From contig CAVPSB010000002.1 of assembly GCA_963708025.1 (NCBI GenBank), positions 1 through 64,000 on the forward strand: DNA of 64,000 bases. Reading direction: 5' to 3'. Under the pieces are notes generated by a model. It searched no databases. It worked only from the letters and a program-made list of their open reading frames with translations, and was not told the origin of the DNA. Source of the stretch: an uncultured Candidatus Rokubacteria bacterium. Lineage in GTDB: Bacteria; Methylomirabilota; Methylomirabilia; Rokubacteriales; DASRDR01. Both the position numbers and the translations under genes were made by a program. This document shows positions 48,649-59,105 of the stretch, piece after piece; within the stretch, counting starts at the first letter, position 1; each line of letters starts with the position of its first letter.

Positions 48649-48988
48649 GAGCGCTTCGAAGGGCCTGCTGCCGATCATCGGGCCCGATCCCAACGCGCCG
48701 CGCGACGTGCACCTGGTCGGCCGCTATGCGCTGGGGGTCGACTGGCAGGACGGCCACTCGAGCATCTTTCCCTTCGACCTCTTGCGCGAAGCCTGTCCGT
48801 GTGAGGCCTGTCGGGCGCCGACGGCGGCGGCCGGCCCGCCGAGCGAGGCGCAGAGCTGGCCGGTCGAGATCAAGAAGGCGGGGACCGGGCTCCGGATCCG
48901 CTGGCAGGACGATCATGTGAGCTCGTTCGGCGGCCGGGATCTGCGCGAGCGCTGCCGCTGCGCCAGCTGCACGACGGGGAGCCGATGA
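48647..48988 (+). CDS. DUF971 (GBBH-like N-terminal) protein with two CxCxxC modules
   Basis: VGRYALGVDWQDGHSSIF...LREACPCEAC and IRWQDDHVSSF...LRERCRCASC. Confidence 0.85.
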   Translation: MSASKGLLPIIGPDPNAPRDVHLVGRYALGVDWQDGHSSIFPFDLLREACPCEACRAPTAAAGPPSEAQSWPVEIKKAGTGLRIRWQDDHVSSFGGRDLRERCRCASCTTGSR

Positions 48989-50592
48989 GGTCGCCCGGGG
49001 GCCCGCCAGCGCGGTCGGCGCTCGAGGCCGGGCTGCGGGAGGGGCCGGCCGCCGCAGGTACTCCCCCGCGGCGCGCCATCGTCTTCGGGGTGATGCTCGG
49101 TCTCTTCCTCGGCGCGATGGAGTCCACCGCGGTCGCGACGGCGATGCCGACGGTGATCGCGACCCTGGGCGGGCTGTCGGTCTATTCCTGGGTCTTCTCA
49201 GGCTACATCCTGGCGGCCACCATCGCGATGCCGCTGTGGGGCAAGGCGGCCGACCTCTATGGTCGGCGGGCGGCGTACCTGGCGGGGCTCGCGATCTTCC
49301 TGGGCGGGTCCATCCTCTCCGGCCTGGCCACGTCGATGACGGGGCTCATCGTCTTCCGCACGATCCAGGGCGCCGGCGGCGGGGCCCTGATCCCGCTCGG
49401 CCACACCATCATCGCCGACCTCTACGGGCTCGAGCGGCGCGCCAAGATGCAAGGCTACTTCTCCTCCACCTGGGGCCTCGCCTCCATCGTGGGTCCGCTC
49501 ATCGGCGGCTTCCTGACCGACCACGCCTCCTGGCGCTGGGTGTTCTTCGTCAACGTGCCGTTCGGCCTCCTGGCCGGCGGCGTCCTCGGCTGGGCGCTCG
49601 GCGGCGGCGGCCGGCGGGCCGGGCGCGTGCAGGTCGACCTCAAGGGCGCCGCGCTCCTCACCGGCGGCCTGGCCGCGTTGCTGGTGGCGCTGGTCGAAGG
49701 AGGGCGGAGCGGGACCGGCCTCGACATGACGCACGGGGCCTTGCTGGCGCTGGCCGGCCTGCTGCTGGCCGCCTTCGTCCTGTGGGAGCGCCGTGCCCCC
49801 GAGCCGCTCCTGCCGCTTCGGCTCTTCGCCAACCGGATGTTCCGGGCGGCGGCCGTCACCGGCCTCCTGGTCGGGATGGCGATGTTCGGCACGATCTCCT
49901 TCGTCCCGCTCTTCGTCCAGGGCGTGCTGGGGGGCTCCGCGACCGAGGCCGGCACCGCGCTGACCCCGTTCGTGCTGGGCTGGGTCACGTTCTCCGTCAT
50001 CTCGTCACGGCTCCTGCTGAAGGTGGGGTACCGGTGGCCAGTCCTGGCCGGCATGGTCTGCCTGGCTCTGGCCTTCCTGCTCCTGAGCGGCATGGGGCCC
50101 GGCACGACGTGGTGGGTGGTGGCCCGGAACATGCTGCTGGCCGGCACCGGGATGGGCTTGATCATGGTGCCCCTCCTCATCGCCGTGCAGAACGCGGTGG
50201 GGAAGCGTGACCTCGGCGCCGCGACCTCGGCCACCACGTTCTTCCGGTCGATCGGGGGGGCGGTCGGGGTGGCGGTGATGGGCGCGATGCTCTCCCACGA
50301 GCTGGCCGCCCAGATCGTGCGCCTGGGCGGGCTGGCCGACGGTCTTCCGTCCGGCCAGCTCCAGGCTTTGATCGCGCATCCCGACATCATCGTGCATCCG
50401 GCGCTCCGCCTCACCCTGCCGGCGCCGGTCCTGGCGGCGTTCAGCCAGGCTCTCGCCAATGCCCTGCACGCCGTCTTTCTGGTCGGTCTCGGCATCGCGT
50501 CCCTGGCCCTCGCCTCCGCGTTCCTGGTGCCCGCCGGCCGGGCCCAGGATCTCGCCGTTGACGAGGGCCGGGTTCCTCGGCCGTCGTCCTGA
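48985..50592 (+). CDS. DHA2 (EmrB/QacA) MFS efflux transporter
   Basis: WGKAADLYGRR, GPLIGG, WRWVFFVNVP; about 14 TM segments. Confidence 0.92.
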   Translation: MRSPGGPPARSALEAGLREGPAAAGTPPRRAIVFGVMLGLFLGAMESTAVATAMPTVIATLGGLSVYSWVFSGYILAATIAMPLWGKAADLYGRRAAYLAGLAIFLGGSILSGLATSMTGLIVFRTIQGAGGGALIPLGHTIIADLYGLERRAKMQGYFSSTWGLASIVGPLIGGFLTDHASWRWVFFVNVPFGLLAGGVLGWALGGGGRRAGRVQVDLKGAALLTGGLAALLVALVEGGRSGTGLDMTHGALLALAGLLLAAFVLWERRAPEPLLPLRLFANRMFRAAAVTGLLVGMAMFGTISFVPLFVQGVLGGSATEAGTALTPFVLGWVTFSVISSRLLLKVGYRWPVLAGMVCLALAFLLLSGMGPGTTWWVVARNMLLAGTGMGLIMVPLLIAVQNAVGKRDLGAATSATTFFRSIGGAVGVAVMGAMLSHELAAQIVRLGGLADGLPSGQLQALIAHPDIIVHPALRLTLPAPVLAAFSQALANALHAVFLVGLGIASLALASAFLVPAGRAQDLAVDEGRVPRPSS

Positions 50593-50617
50593 CCGCATCC
50601 CGATCGAGGAGAGCGCC

Positions 50618-51247
50618 ATGGGTCGCCCCGCTCGCGCCGCCGATCTGAAGGTCAAGCAGGAGGTCCTGATTCCCGCCCGGACCGGGGCCGGCTTCCGGAT
50701 GGAGGCTGGCGAGTTCGTCCAGGTGCTCGACGTCTCCGGCCAGCAGTGCGCGGACTTCTTCGCGTTCCGGGCCGACGACCCCCGCGAGTACCTGTCCGCC
50801 TCGCACACTCGGGTCCAGGTTGACCGGCTGTTCCCGCAGGTCAACCAATCGTTCTTCTCGAGTCTTCGCCGCCCGATGTTCCAGCTCGAGGAGGACCACT
50901 CGCCGGGCGTCCACGACATGCTGTTCGCCGCCTGCGATGCGGCCCGGTATGTCCAATACGGCGTGGGCGACCACGCCTCGTGCGCCGACAACCTGCGGGC
51001 GGCGGCGGGCAGGCTGGGCTTCGAGCCGACCCACGTTCCCCAGCCCGTGAACTTCTTCATGAACGTCGCGGTCCGCCTGGACGGGCGCTGCGAATTCGGA
51101 TCGCCGCCGACCAGCCCGGGTGACTACGTCCTGCTCAAGGCCTTCGAGGACTGCCTGGTCGTGATCTCGGCCTGCCCGCAGGAGTGGAATCCCGCCGCCA
51201 ACTACCACCCGTCGGATCTGCTGGCGCGGGTCCTGGTGGCCGCCTGA
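50618..51247 (+). CDS. DUF1989 / urea carboxylase-associated family protein
   Basis: GQQCADF, HDMLFAACD, HASCADNL, PVNFFMNV, SACPQ. Confidence 0.88.
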   Translation: MGRPARAADLKVKQEVLIPARTGAGFRMEAGEFVQVLDVSGQQCADFFAFRADDPREYLSASHTRVQVDRLFPQVNQSFFSSLRRPMFQLEEDHSPGVHDMLFAACDAARYVQYGVGDHASCADNLRAAAGRLGFEPTHVPQPVNFFMNVAVRLDGRCEFGSPPTSPGDYVLLKAFEDCLVVISACPQEWNPAANYHPSDLLARVLVAA

Positions 51248-51251
51248 AACC

Positions 51252-51620
51252 ATGACGTTCATCCGCGAGGTCGGCGACGACGAGCTCCGGCGCGAGAAGG
51301 CGAAGGCGCGCGAGCTGCGCCAGAGCCCGTGGTGGAAGCGACGGCTGGCCGCCGGGCGGTGCGCCTACTGCGACCGGCCGACCCCTTCGCGCGAGCTGAC
51401 GATGGACCACCGCGTCCCCCTCGTGCGGGGCGGCCGCTCGACGAAGGGCAACGTGGTGCCGGCCTGCAAGGCGTGCAACACGGCCAAGAAGTACCTCTTG
51501 CCGATCGAGTGGGAGGCGTACATCGCGCGGCTTGCCGACCCGGCGGAGTCGGAGGAGCACCCGCCGTCATTGCCCGTGCGAAAAGAATTGGACAAGCGAG
51601 CGGAGCCGGATTTAGGATGA
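51252..51620 (+). CDS. Small HNH endonuclease
   Basis: CAYC...LTMDHRVPLVRGG...NVVPACKACN. Confidence 0.9.
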   Translation: MTFIREVGDDELRREKAKARELRQSPWWKRRLAAGRCAYCDRPTPSRELTMDHRVPLVRGGRSTKGNVVPACKACNTAKKYLLPIEWEAYIARLADPAESEEHPPSLPVRKELDKRAEPDLG

Positions 51621-51748
51621 GACAAATCGATCGGGGGTCACACAGCCCCCTGGCGCGCCGATCCTGGCAGTGGAGCCGGGCGGGGCGGATCGAGCCGCGG
51701 GCCGGGAGTCGGCGGCCGGCCGGCGGTGGCGGGATCGTGGGCCCGCGT

Positions 51749-51975
51749 GGTGCGTGCGCCGAGAAAGGAGGTGGTCCAGCCGTGTGTACAACCCCGGTGA
51801 TTTTCTGTGAGGTGGTGACCTCCTAGGTCGCGCGCACCCGGTTCCATCTGAGGGTGGCCCGCCTGGGAGGATCCCCAGGCACCACCGGCCCCGAGGGTCC
51901 TGCACTTCACCTGCAGGGCGGCCCGAGCCTCCGACAGCGAGGTGGGTCGCAGACGCCCTCGGGGCTCCCTTTTTG
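51749..51975 (+). ncRNA. Candidate structured RNA containing a 14-codon micro-ORF (51782-51826)
   Basis: Three GC-rich stem domains ending in TTTTT; extended 16S-complementary SD AGAAAGGAGGTGGTCCAGCCG. Confidence 0.55.
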
Positions 51976-52057
51976 CGGAGATCCCGGTCCCGGATCCTGG
52001 GAACTCACGCCCGCCGGCTTCTGGCAATCCTCTGACTCTGGCCGCCCTGGCGTTCCA

Positions 52058-52131
52058 CTTCGAGCCGCGGCTTCGCCGCGGCCTGCGCGGGGGGGCCTCG
52101 GGGTCTTCCCAGACCCCCCCGAAGATCCTAG
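52058..52131 (-). repeat. Dispersed repeat family 2, copy 1
   Basis: Reverse complement CTAG...TTCGGGGGGGTCTGGGAAGACCCCGAGGCCCCCC...CGCGGCGAAGCCGCGGCTCGAAG; matches 63744-63820. Confidence 0.7.
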
Positions 52132-52613
52132 TTGAGCATTCCGACCAGGCGGTGGAGCTCGGCGCGGGCGGGGCGGTAGTCGGGTTCGATGTCGAGAGCC
52201 TGCCGCAGCTCGGCGATCGCCTCGTGGACCTTGCCCTGCTTGGCGTAGACGCGGGCCAGGTTCACGTGTGGGTAGTGGCGCGGCTCGTAGCGGGAGGCGG
52301 CCATCGCCTTCTGGAGCCAGGGGATGGCGTCCTGGTGGCGGCCGAGCTTGATGAGATAGGAGCCGATGTCGTTGTAGGGGTTGCCGAAGTCCGGATCGAT
52401 ACGGATCGCGGTGCAGCACTCGCGGATCGCCGCCTCGAGATCGCCGTTGAAGCTGTAGGTCCAGCCGAGGAAGGTGTGGGCCTCGGCGGTCGGCAGGCAC
52501 TCGATGGACTTCCGGTAACCGGCGATCGCGCTCTCGAGGTCCCCTCTCATCTGGGCCTCGTACGCCGCCTCGAAGTACCGCTGGGCCTGGTCGCGCGCGC
52601 TCGCCTCGTCCAT
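52128..52613 (-). CDS. TPR-repeat protein
   Basis: AEAHTFLGW, DPDFGNPYNDIGSYL. Confidence 0.88.
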   Translation of the reverse strand: MDEASARDQAQRYFEAAYEAQMRGDLESAIAGYRKSIECLPTAEAHTFLGWTYSFNGDLEAAIRECCTAIRIDPDFGNPYNDIGSYLIKLGRHQDAIPWLQKAMAASRYEPRHYPHVNLARVYAKQGKVHEAIAELRQALDIEPDYRPARAELHRLVGMLN

Positions 52614-52641
52614 GGCCGGTCCGGCGCCGTCGGGTTGACCG

Positions 52642-52956
52642 CTAGCCCACGATCTCGCTGATCTGGATCTGCGGGGCGATGTCCGTGTAGTTGGGGATGT
52701 CGCCCATGATCTCCTTCCCGTGAGCCGCGACGCCCTTCGGGAAGTCGCCCGGCGCGTTGAAGTAGAGGTGGCAGGCGGCGACGAACGGGGCGGGAGTGCC
52801 CGGCGCCCCGCCGGCGATCCCCTTGTCGATCTCGTAGCGGGCCAGGCCGAAGCCCCGGAGTCGCTCCGCCACCATCGGCAGGTGCTTCCGCGCGTAGTAG
52901 TCGTGATCGAACCGCGCGCCGTCCTTTCGTGGATAGAGCACAGAGACCCGGATCAT
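52642..52956 (-). CDS. EthD family reductase
   Basis: SVLYP...FDHDYY...KHLPM, DIPNYTDIAP. Confidence 0.9.
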   Translation of the reverse strand: MIRVSVLYPRKDGARFDHDYYARKHLPMVAERLRGFGLARYEIDKGIAGGAPGTPAPFVAACHLYFNAPGDFPKGVAAHGKEIMGDIPNYTDIAPQIQISEIVG

Positions 52957-53288
52957 GGGGATGCCTCCTTCCGGTCGAGACGTCGGAGGAACACCTCGAT
53001 CTCTTTCTTCGTCTGCAGATCGCCGGTCTGCGTGGCCACCTCCAGCCCCTGGCGGTACGCCGCCCTGGCCTCCTCGAGTCGGCCCGCGCGCTCCAGGGAG
53101 CGGCCCAGGCCGCGGTGGGCGGCGGAATAGTCGGGCTTGAGCCGGATCGCCTCGCGGTATTCCCGGATGGCGTCCTCGGCCTCGTCGGCGTCGAGATGGG
53201 CGCCGGCCAGACCGAAGCGCACCACCGGGTCCTCGGGCATGAGCGCGGCGACCTCCTTGAACTCGGCCAGGCGGTCAGCGTCCGGCAC
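52953..53288 (-). CDS. Small TPR-repeat protein
   Basis: PDYSAAHRGLGRSLE, GDLQTKKEIEVFL. Confidence 0.82.
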   Translation of the reverse strand: MPDADRLAEFKEVAALMPEDPVVRFGLAGAHLDADEAEDAIREYREAIRLKPDYSAAHRGLGRSLERAGRLEEARAAYRQGLEVATQTGDLQTKKEIEVFLRRLDRKEASP

Positions 53289-53333
53289 CGGTGGAACCCT
53301 CCGTCCCGAGCATGGTCCGCGGGTCCGGGCCTG

Positions 53334-54368
53334 TCAAGCTGCCGCGGATCCGATCGGCTTCGTCACCAGGCGGCTGCCGTTCCGCGTCGCCAGCCAGCCG
53401 GGCAGCGCGCAGGAGAAGCGGCCGGCCCGGCCGCCGGCCACCACGACGAAGATCTCGCCGGGCGAGGGGAACTTCGGCACCAGCGCGTCCGGTGCCGGCG
53501 GATCCGGCCGGAACCGGAGGATCGAGGACTCGCCCCCCCGGGCGTCGGGCAGGCACTCCCGGTAGGGGCGCCGGATCGTCTCGAACAGGAAGCGGCGAAG
53601 GTCGTCCTTCGACCAGCCGTCGGCGGCCAGCGTGGCCGCGTGCTCGGGCCCGACGACCAGCATCGTCTCGCAGTAGAGCGGCCAGTGCTTGTCGTTCCAG
53701 AGCCCGGTCATCGACCAGCCGAGCGAGGCGGCGAGGTCGCGCGGGCTGCGGCTCGCGTGGTCGGAGACGCCGTGGGGCGCCTCGCAGGCGAAGGCGGTCA
53801 CCGTGCTCTCGCCGGCGGCGTACCCGCGCTCCACGTGGAGCGGCGGCCACGGCGAGTCTTCCTGGGCCTCGGCGATGCAGTAGGCGTAGCGGCCGGGATG
53901 GCCAAAGGTGGACATCGAGATCTCACCGGGCCGGGCGCCCCCCAGGTTCACGAGGCAGAGCCGGAGCGCGCGGCCGATCGTGGCGTTGGCCCGGAAGCCC
54001 GGCCCGAACACCCCGGCCCCGGCGTGGAGGCCGATGGCCTGGCGGATGGGCCCGTTCACGACGAGGAGCGGGGCGGCGAAGTGCGTCGTTGTCATCACCC
54101 CGTGCAGGTTGAAGACCGGGTCGAGCACCGCGTCCACTGCCGCCAGCACGACGGGCAGGTACTCGGGCCGGCAGCCGGCCATGACCGCGTTGATCGCGAT
54201 CTTCTCGACGGTGGCCCGACCGTAGTTGGGCGGGACGAGCCCCACCAGCTCGTCGGGCGACCGGCCGGGCACGGCGGCCAGGAAGCGATCCACGCGCTCC
54301 CGGGTCGGCGGGACGACCGGGAGCCCGTCGGTGACGCCACGCTCGAAGAGGTGCTCGAACTCGTCCAT
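53334..54368 (-). CDS. Conserved hypothetical protein (TDGLPVVPPT family)
   Basis: TDGLPVVPPT, ATVEKIAINAVMAGC, FRANATIGRAL, SPWPPLH. Confidence 0.8.
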   Translation of the reverse strand: MDEFEHLFERGVTDGLPVVPPTRERVDRFLAAVPGRSPDELVGLVPPNYGRATVEKIAINAVMAGCRPEYLPVVLAAVDAVLDPVFNLHGVMTTTHFAAPLLVVNGPIRQAIGLHAGAGVFGPGFRANATIGRALRLCLVNLGGARPGEISMSTFGHPGRYAYCIAEAQEDSPWPPLHVERGYAAGESTVTAFACEAPHGVSDHASRSPRDLAASLGWSMTGLWNDKHWPLYCETMLVVGPEHAATLAADGWSKDDLRRFLFETIRRPYRECLPDARGGESSILRFRPDPPAPDALVPKFPSPGEIFVVVAGGRAGRFSCALPGWLATRNGSRLVTKPIGSAAA

Positions 54369-54400
54369 GCCTTCCCAGCGTGGCGCGATTTTGCCATACT

Positions 54401-54531
54401 CTGTGAGGCCGTGAATGAATCGAGTTTTCCGGCTCCCCCCCCGGCCACAGGCCGAAGGCCGTCGAACAGTGGGGGAGGGGGGCCACAGGCCGAAGGCCGT
54501 CGAAGGATCGGGTAGGCGGGAGGTCCGGAAC
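54401..54531 (-). repeat. Dispersed palindromic repeat family 1, copy E
   Basis: Reverse complement GTTCCGGACCTCCCGCCTACCC, two TTCGACGGCCTTCGGCCTGTGGCC modules, GGGGGAGCCGGA...CGATTCA. Confidence 0.78.
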
Positions 54532-54536
54532 ACGCG

Positions 54537-55796
54537 ATGGGCCTGACCATCACCGAGAAGATCCTGGCCGCGCACGCCGGCCGGTCCGGCGTCGAGCCCG
54601 GGGAGTTCATCGTCGCGCGGGTCGACGTCGTGATGGGCAACGACGGCTCCACCGCCGGCGCCCTCCGCGTCTGGCGGGAGATCGGCGCGGCCCGCGTGTT
54701 CGATCCTGATCGGGTCGCCATCGTCTTCGATCACTTCGTCCCCAACAAGGACATCCAGGCGGCGGACCTGCTGCAGCCCGTCCGCCGGTGGGTGCGCGAG
54801 CAAGGGATCCGCCACTTCTTCGCCGAAGGGCGGAACGGGATCGCCCACACGATCCTTCCCGAGCAGGGGCTGGTCGGTCCCGGCGACGTCATGGTCGGTG
54901 GTGATTCGCACTCGTGTACGAACGGCGCGGTCGGCGCCTTCGCCACCGGTGTCGGATCGACCGATCTCGCCTCGGTGCTGGCGCTCGGCGAGGTGTGGTT
55001 GAAGGTCCCGGCCTCGCAGAAGTTCGTCTACCACGGAACGCCGGGCCGCTGGGTGATGGGGAAGGATCTGATCCTCGCCACCATCGGGCGGATCCGCATC
55101 GACGGCGCCCTCTATCAGGCCATGGAGTTCGCCGGTCCCACCATCGCCGGGCTCTCGATGTCCGACCGGCTGACGATGTGCAACATGGCGATCGAGGCCG
55201 GCGCGAAGTCGGGCATCATCGCGCCCGACGCGGTGACCCTCGGGTACGTCGAGGGCCGCGCCAAGCGGGCGTGGACGCTCCACGCGTCGGATCCGGACGC
55301 CCGCTACGCGGCGGTCCACGAGCTGGACGTCGCCGGGCTGCCGCCTCAGGTCGCCAAGCCCTTCTCGCCCGACAACGTCGCCCCGGTCGAGGAAGTCGCC
55401 GGCACTCCGCTCGATCAGGTTTTCCTCGGCTCCTGCACCAACGGCAAGCTGGAGGACCTCCGGGTCGCCGCCGGCATCCTCCGGGGTCACACCGTCCACC
55501 CCTACACGCGCCTCATCGTGATCCCGGCCAGCCAGTGGATCTACACCCAGGCCCTGAAGGAAGGCCTCCTGGAGGTCTTCGCCGAGGCCGGGGCGGCCGT
55601 CTCCACCCCGACCTGCGGCGCCTGCTTCGGCGGGCACATGGGCGTCCTGGCGGCCGGCGAGGTCTGCGTCTCGACCACCAACCGTAACTTCGTTGGCCGC
55701 ATGGGCCACCCGACCGCCCGGGTCTACCTGACGAACCCGGCGGTGGCGGCGGCGAGCGCGATCAAGGGCGTGATCGCGCTGCCAGACCAGGTCTAG
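54537..55796 (+). CDS. leuC: 3-isopropylmalate dehydratase/homoaconitase large subunit (type 2)
   Basis: [41 protein letters not shown]. Confidence 0.88.
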   Translation: MGLTITEKILAAHAGRSGVEPGEFIVARVDVVMGNDGSTAGALRVWREIGAARVFDPDRVAIVFDHFVPNKDIQAADLLQPVRRWVREQGIRHFFAEGRNGIAHTILPEQGLVGPGDVMVGGDSHSCTNGAVGAFATGVGSTDLASVLALGEVWLKVPASQKFVYHGTPGRWVMGKDLILATIGRIRIDGALYQAMEFAGPTIAGLSMSDRLTMCNMAIEAGAKSGIIAPDAVTLGYVEGRAKRAWTLHASDPDARYAAVHELDVAGLPPQVAKPFSPDNVAPVEEVAGTPLDQVFLGSCTNGKLEDLRVAAGILRGHTVHPYTRLIVIPASQWIYTQALKEGLLEVFAEAGAAVSTPTCGACFGGHMGVLAAGEVCVSTTNRNFVGRMGHPTARVYLTNPAVAAASAIKGVIALPDQV

Positions 55797-55797
55797 G

Positions 55798-55974
55798 GGG
55801 CGGGGCCGATGAGCTTCGCAATGTTGATCCCGGTCGGGACGCGCTCGGCCTGCGGCCTCGCGGCCGTCCCGACCTATGGTCGTCCTCGGTCGAGCCGATC
55901 CTCGGCGTACTAGGAGTACGCCTGCGGTCGGCTCCTCCCTGCGTCCTAGCGCTGCTCGCTCCTCGGCCCCGCCC
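55798..55974. repeat. Nested-hairpin MITE/REP-like element
   Basis: Outer inverted repeat GGGCGGGGCCGA-T-GAGC / GCTC-C-TCGGCCCCGCCC enclosing two long hairpins. Confidence 0.6.
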
Positions 55975-56055
55975 GGGAACTTGACTGGTCTACCACGACT
56001 CTGGGGCCCCAACCCACTGTTTGCCATGAGCTGTGGCGCTTCGAGGAACCTGCGG

Positions 56056-57761
<1,706 letters not shown>

Positions 57762-57780
57762 GAGCCCCGGGGGGCTCCGC

Positions 57781-58632
57781 ATGCTCGAGTTGTGGATTCG
57801 CTACCGGAAGTACTCCCGGCTGCTGATCGTCCTCCTGGCCTCCTTTGCGCTCCTCGCCTTTCAGCAGACGCGTCCCGAAGGCCGTTGGCTCGCCGAGGGC
57901 GTGGCCACGGTCACCGCACCGGTCCAGGCCGCCTTCGCCCGGATACACCGGGTGGCGCTCGCGGGGTGGACCACCTACCTGGAGTGGAAGGCGTTGCGCG
58001 CGGATGCCGCGCGACTGCGAGCCGAGGTGACGGCGCTGCGGCTCCGCCAGCTCCGTCAGGACGAGCTGGACGCGGAGAACGAGCGACTTCGGGCACTCCT
58101 GGCGCTCCGGGAGCGGCTCGCCGTGCGGACGATCGGCGCCGAGGTGGTGGCCCGCGAATGGAACGGCTTCACCCGCGGCCTGACCATCACTCGCGGCCGG
58201 ACCGACGGGCTCGAGAAGCTGGCCCCGGTCATCGTTACCCGGGGCGTGGTCGGTCGGGTGATGGAGCTGCGGCGGGACTCGGCGGTCGTCCAGCTCGTCA
58301 CGGATCCGGCCTCGGGCATCGGCGGCGTGGTCAATCGGACGCGCGCCCAGGGTCTGGTGGAGGGCGTGGCCGGCGGCCGGATGCGCCTCAAGCTGGCCGC
58401 CCGTGAGGAAGGCGTGATCGTCGGCGACATGGTCTTCACTTCCGGCATCGGGGGTCTGTTTCCCAAGGGGCTGCCCCTGGGGCGGGTCACGCGCGTGCAG
58501 CCGGCCAACGGGCTCTTCCGCCTGGTCGATCTGGAACCGGCGGTCGACCTCAGCACCGTGGAGGAGGTTCTCGTCCTCCCGCGTGGCGCGGCCGAGGACC
58601 TGAGCACCGCCTTCCCGGGTGACACGCGGTGA
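57781..58632 (+). CDS. mreC: Rod shape-determining protein MreC
   Basis: ENERLRALL, TSGIGGLFPKG. Confidence 0.94.
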   Translation: MLELWIRYRKYSRLLIVLLASFALLAFQQTRPEGRWLAEGVATVTAPVQAAFARIHRVALAGWTTYLEWKALRADAARLRAEVTALRLRQLRQDELDAENERLRALLALRERLAVRTIGAEVVAREWNGFTRGLTITRGRTDGLEKLAPVIVTRGVVGRVMELRRDSAVVQLVTDPASGIGGVVNRTRAQGLVEGVAGGRMRLKLAAREEGVIVGDMVFTSGIGGLFPKGLPLGRVTRVQPANGLFRLVDLEPAVDLSTVEEVLVLPRGAAEDLSTAFPGDTR

Positions 58633-59105
58633 AGCTGCCCCTCTACTTCCTCGCCGTGGGTGGCGGCACGCTCGTCCAGAGCACGGTCGTCCCGGCGTTC
58701 GGCTTCTGGGGCGTCGTCCCCGACCTGCCGATCGTCCTGGTCGTCTTGCTGGCGCTCCGGCGCGGTCCCGAGGTGGGCTGCGTGACGGGCTTCGCCCTCG
58801 GGCTCGCCCAGGACGTCGTCGCCGGGGGGCCGCTCGGCCTCCAGGCGCTCTCCAAGAGCGTCATCGGCTTCATCGCCGGGGACCTCCCGCGCTGGTGCCT
58901 CCTGTCGAACCCGCTGGTGCCGATCACCGCCACCGTGGTGGCCACGGTGGTCGACGGCGCCCTCCGCTTCGCGGTCCTCCAGCTCTTCCACTACCCGGCG
59001 GCTTTCAGCGAGCTGCTCGGGGGCGTGATCCTGCCGCAGGCCGCGTACAACGGCGTCCTCGCCGCGGTGATCATCGCCGTGCCCGCCGCTCGCGTCCGCG
59101 CATGA
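58629..59105 (+). CDS. mreD: Rod shape-determining protein MreD
   Basis: PDLPIVLV, GLAQD; operon position. Confidence 0.9.
   Translation: MKLPLYFLAVGGGTLVQSTVVPAFGFWGVVPDLPIVLVVLLALRRGPEVGCVTGFALGLAQDVVAGGPLGLQALSKSVIGFIAGDLPRWCLLSNPLVPITATVVATVVDGALRFAVLQLFHYPAAFSELLGGVILPQAAYNGVLAAVIIAVPAARVRA

Noticed and set aside
51762-51797. A 16S rRNA gene fragment on the minus strand
   Set aside because: The match is limited to two short non-contiguous blocks; helix 44/45 sequence between them is absent and the flanks are not rRNA-like
51620-51975. tmRNA, 6S or SRP RNA as the identity of the structured element
   Set aside because: No tRNA-like ends or AA-ending tag, no SRP domain IV motif, and not a single long rod with a central bubble
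51252-51975. HNH plus adjacent RNA as an IscB/HEARO-type RNA-guided system
   Set aside because: The HNH is only ~120 aa with no PLMP or RuvC motifs and the RNA lies downstream; a functional link is unsupported, though co-occurrence in relatives is untested
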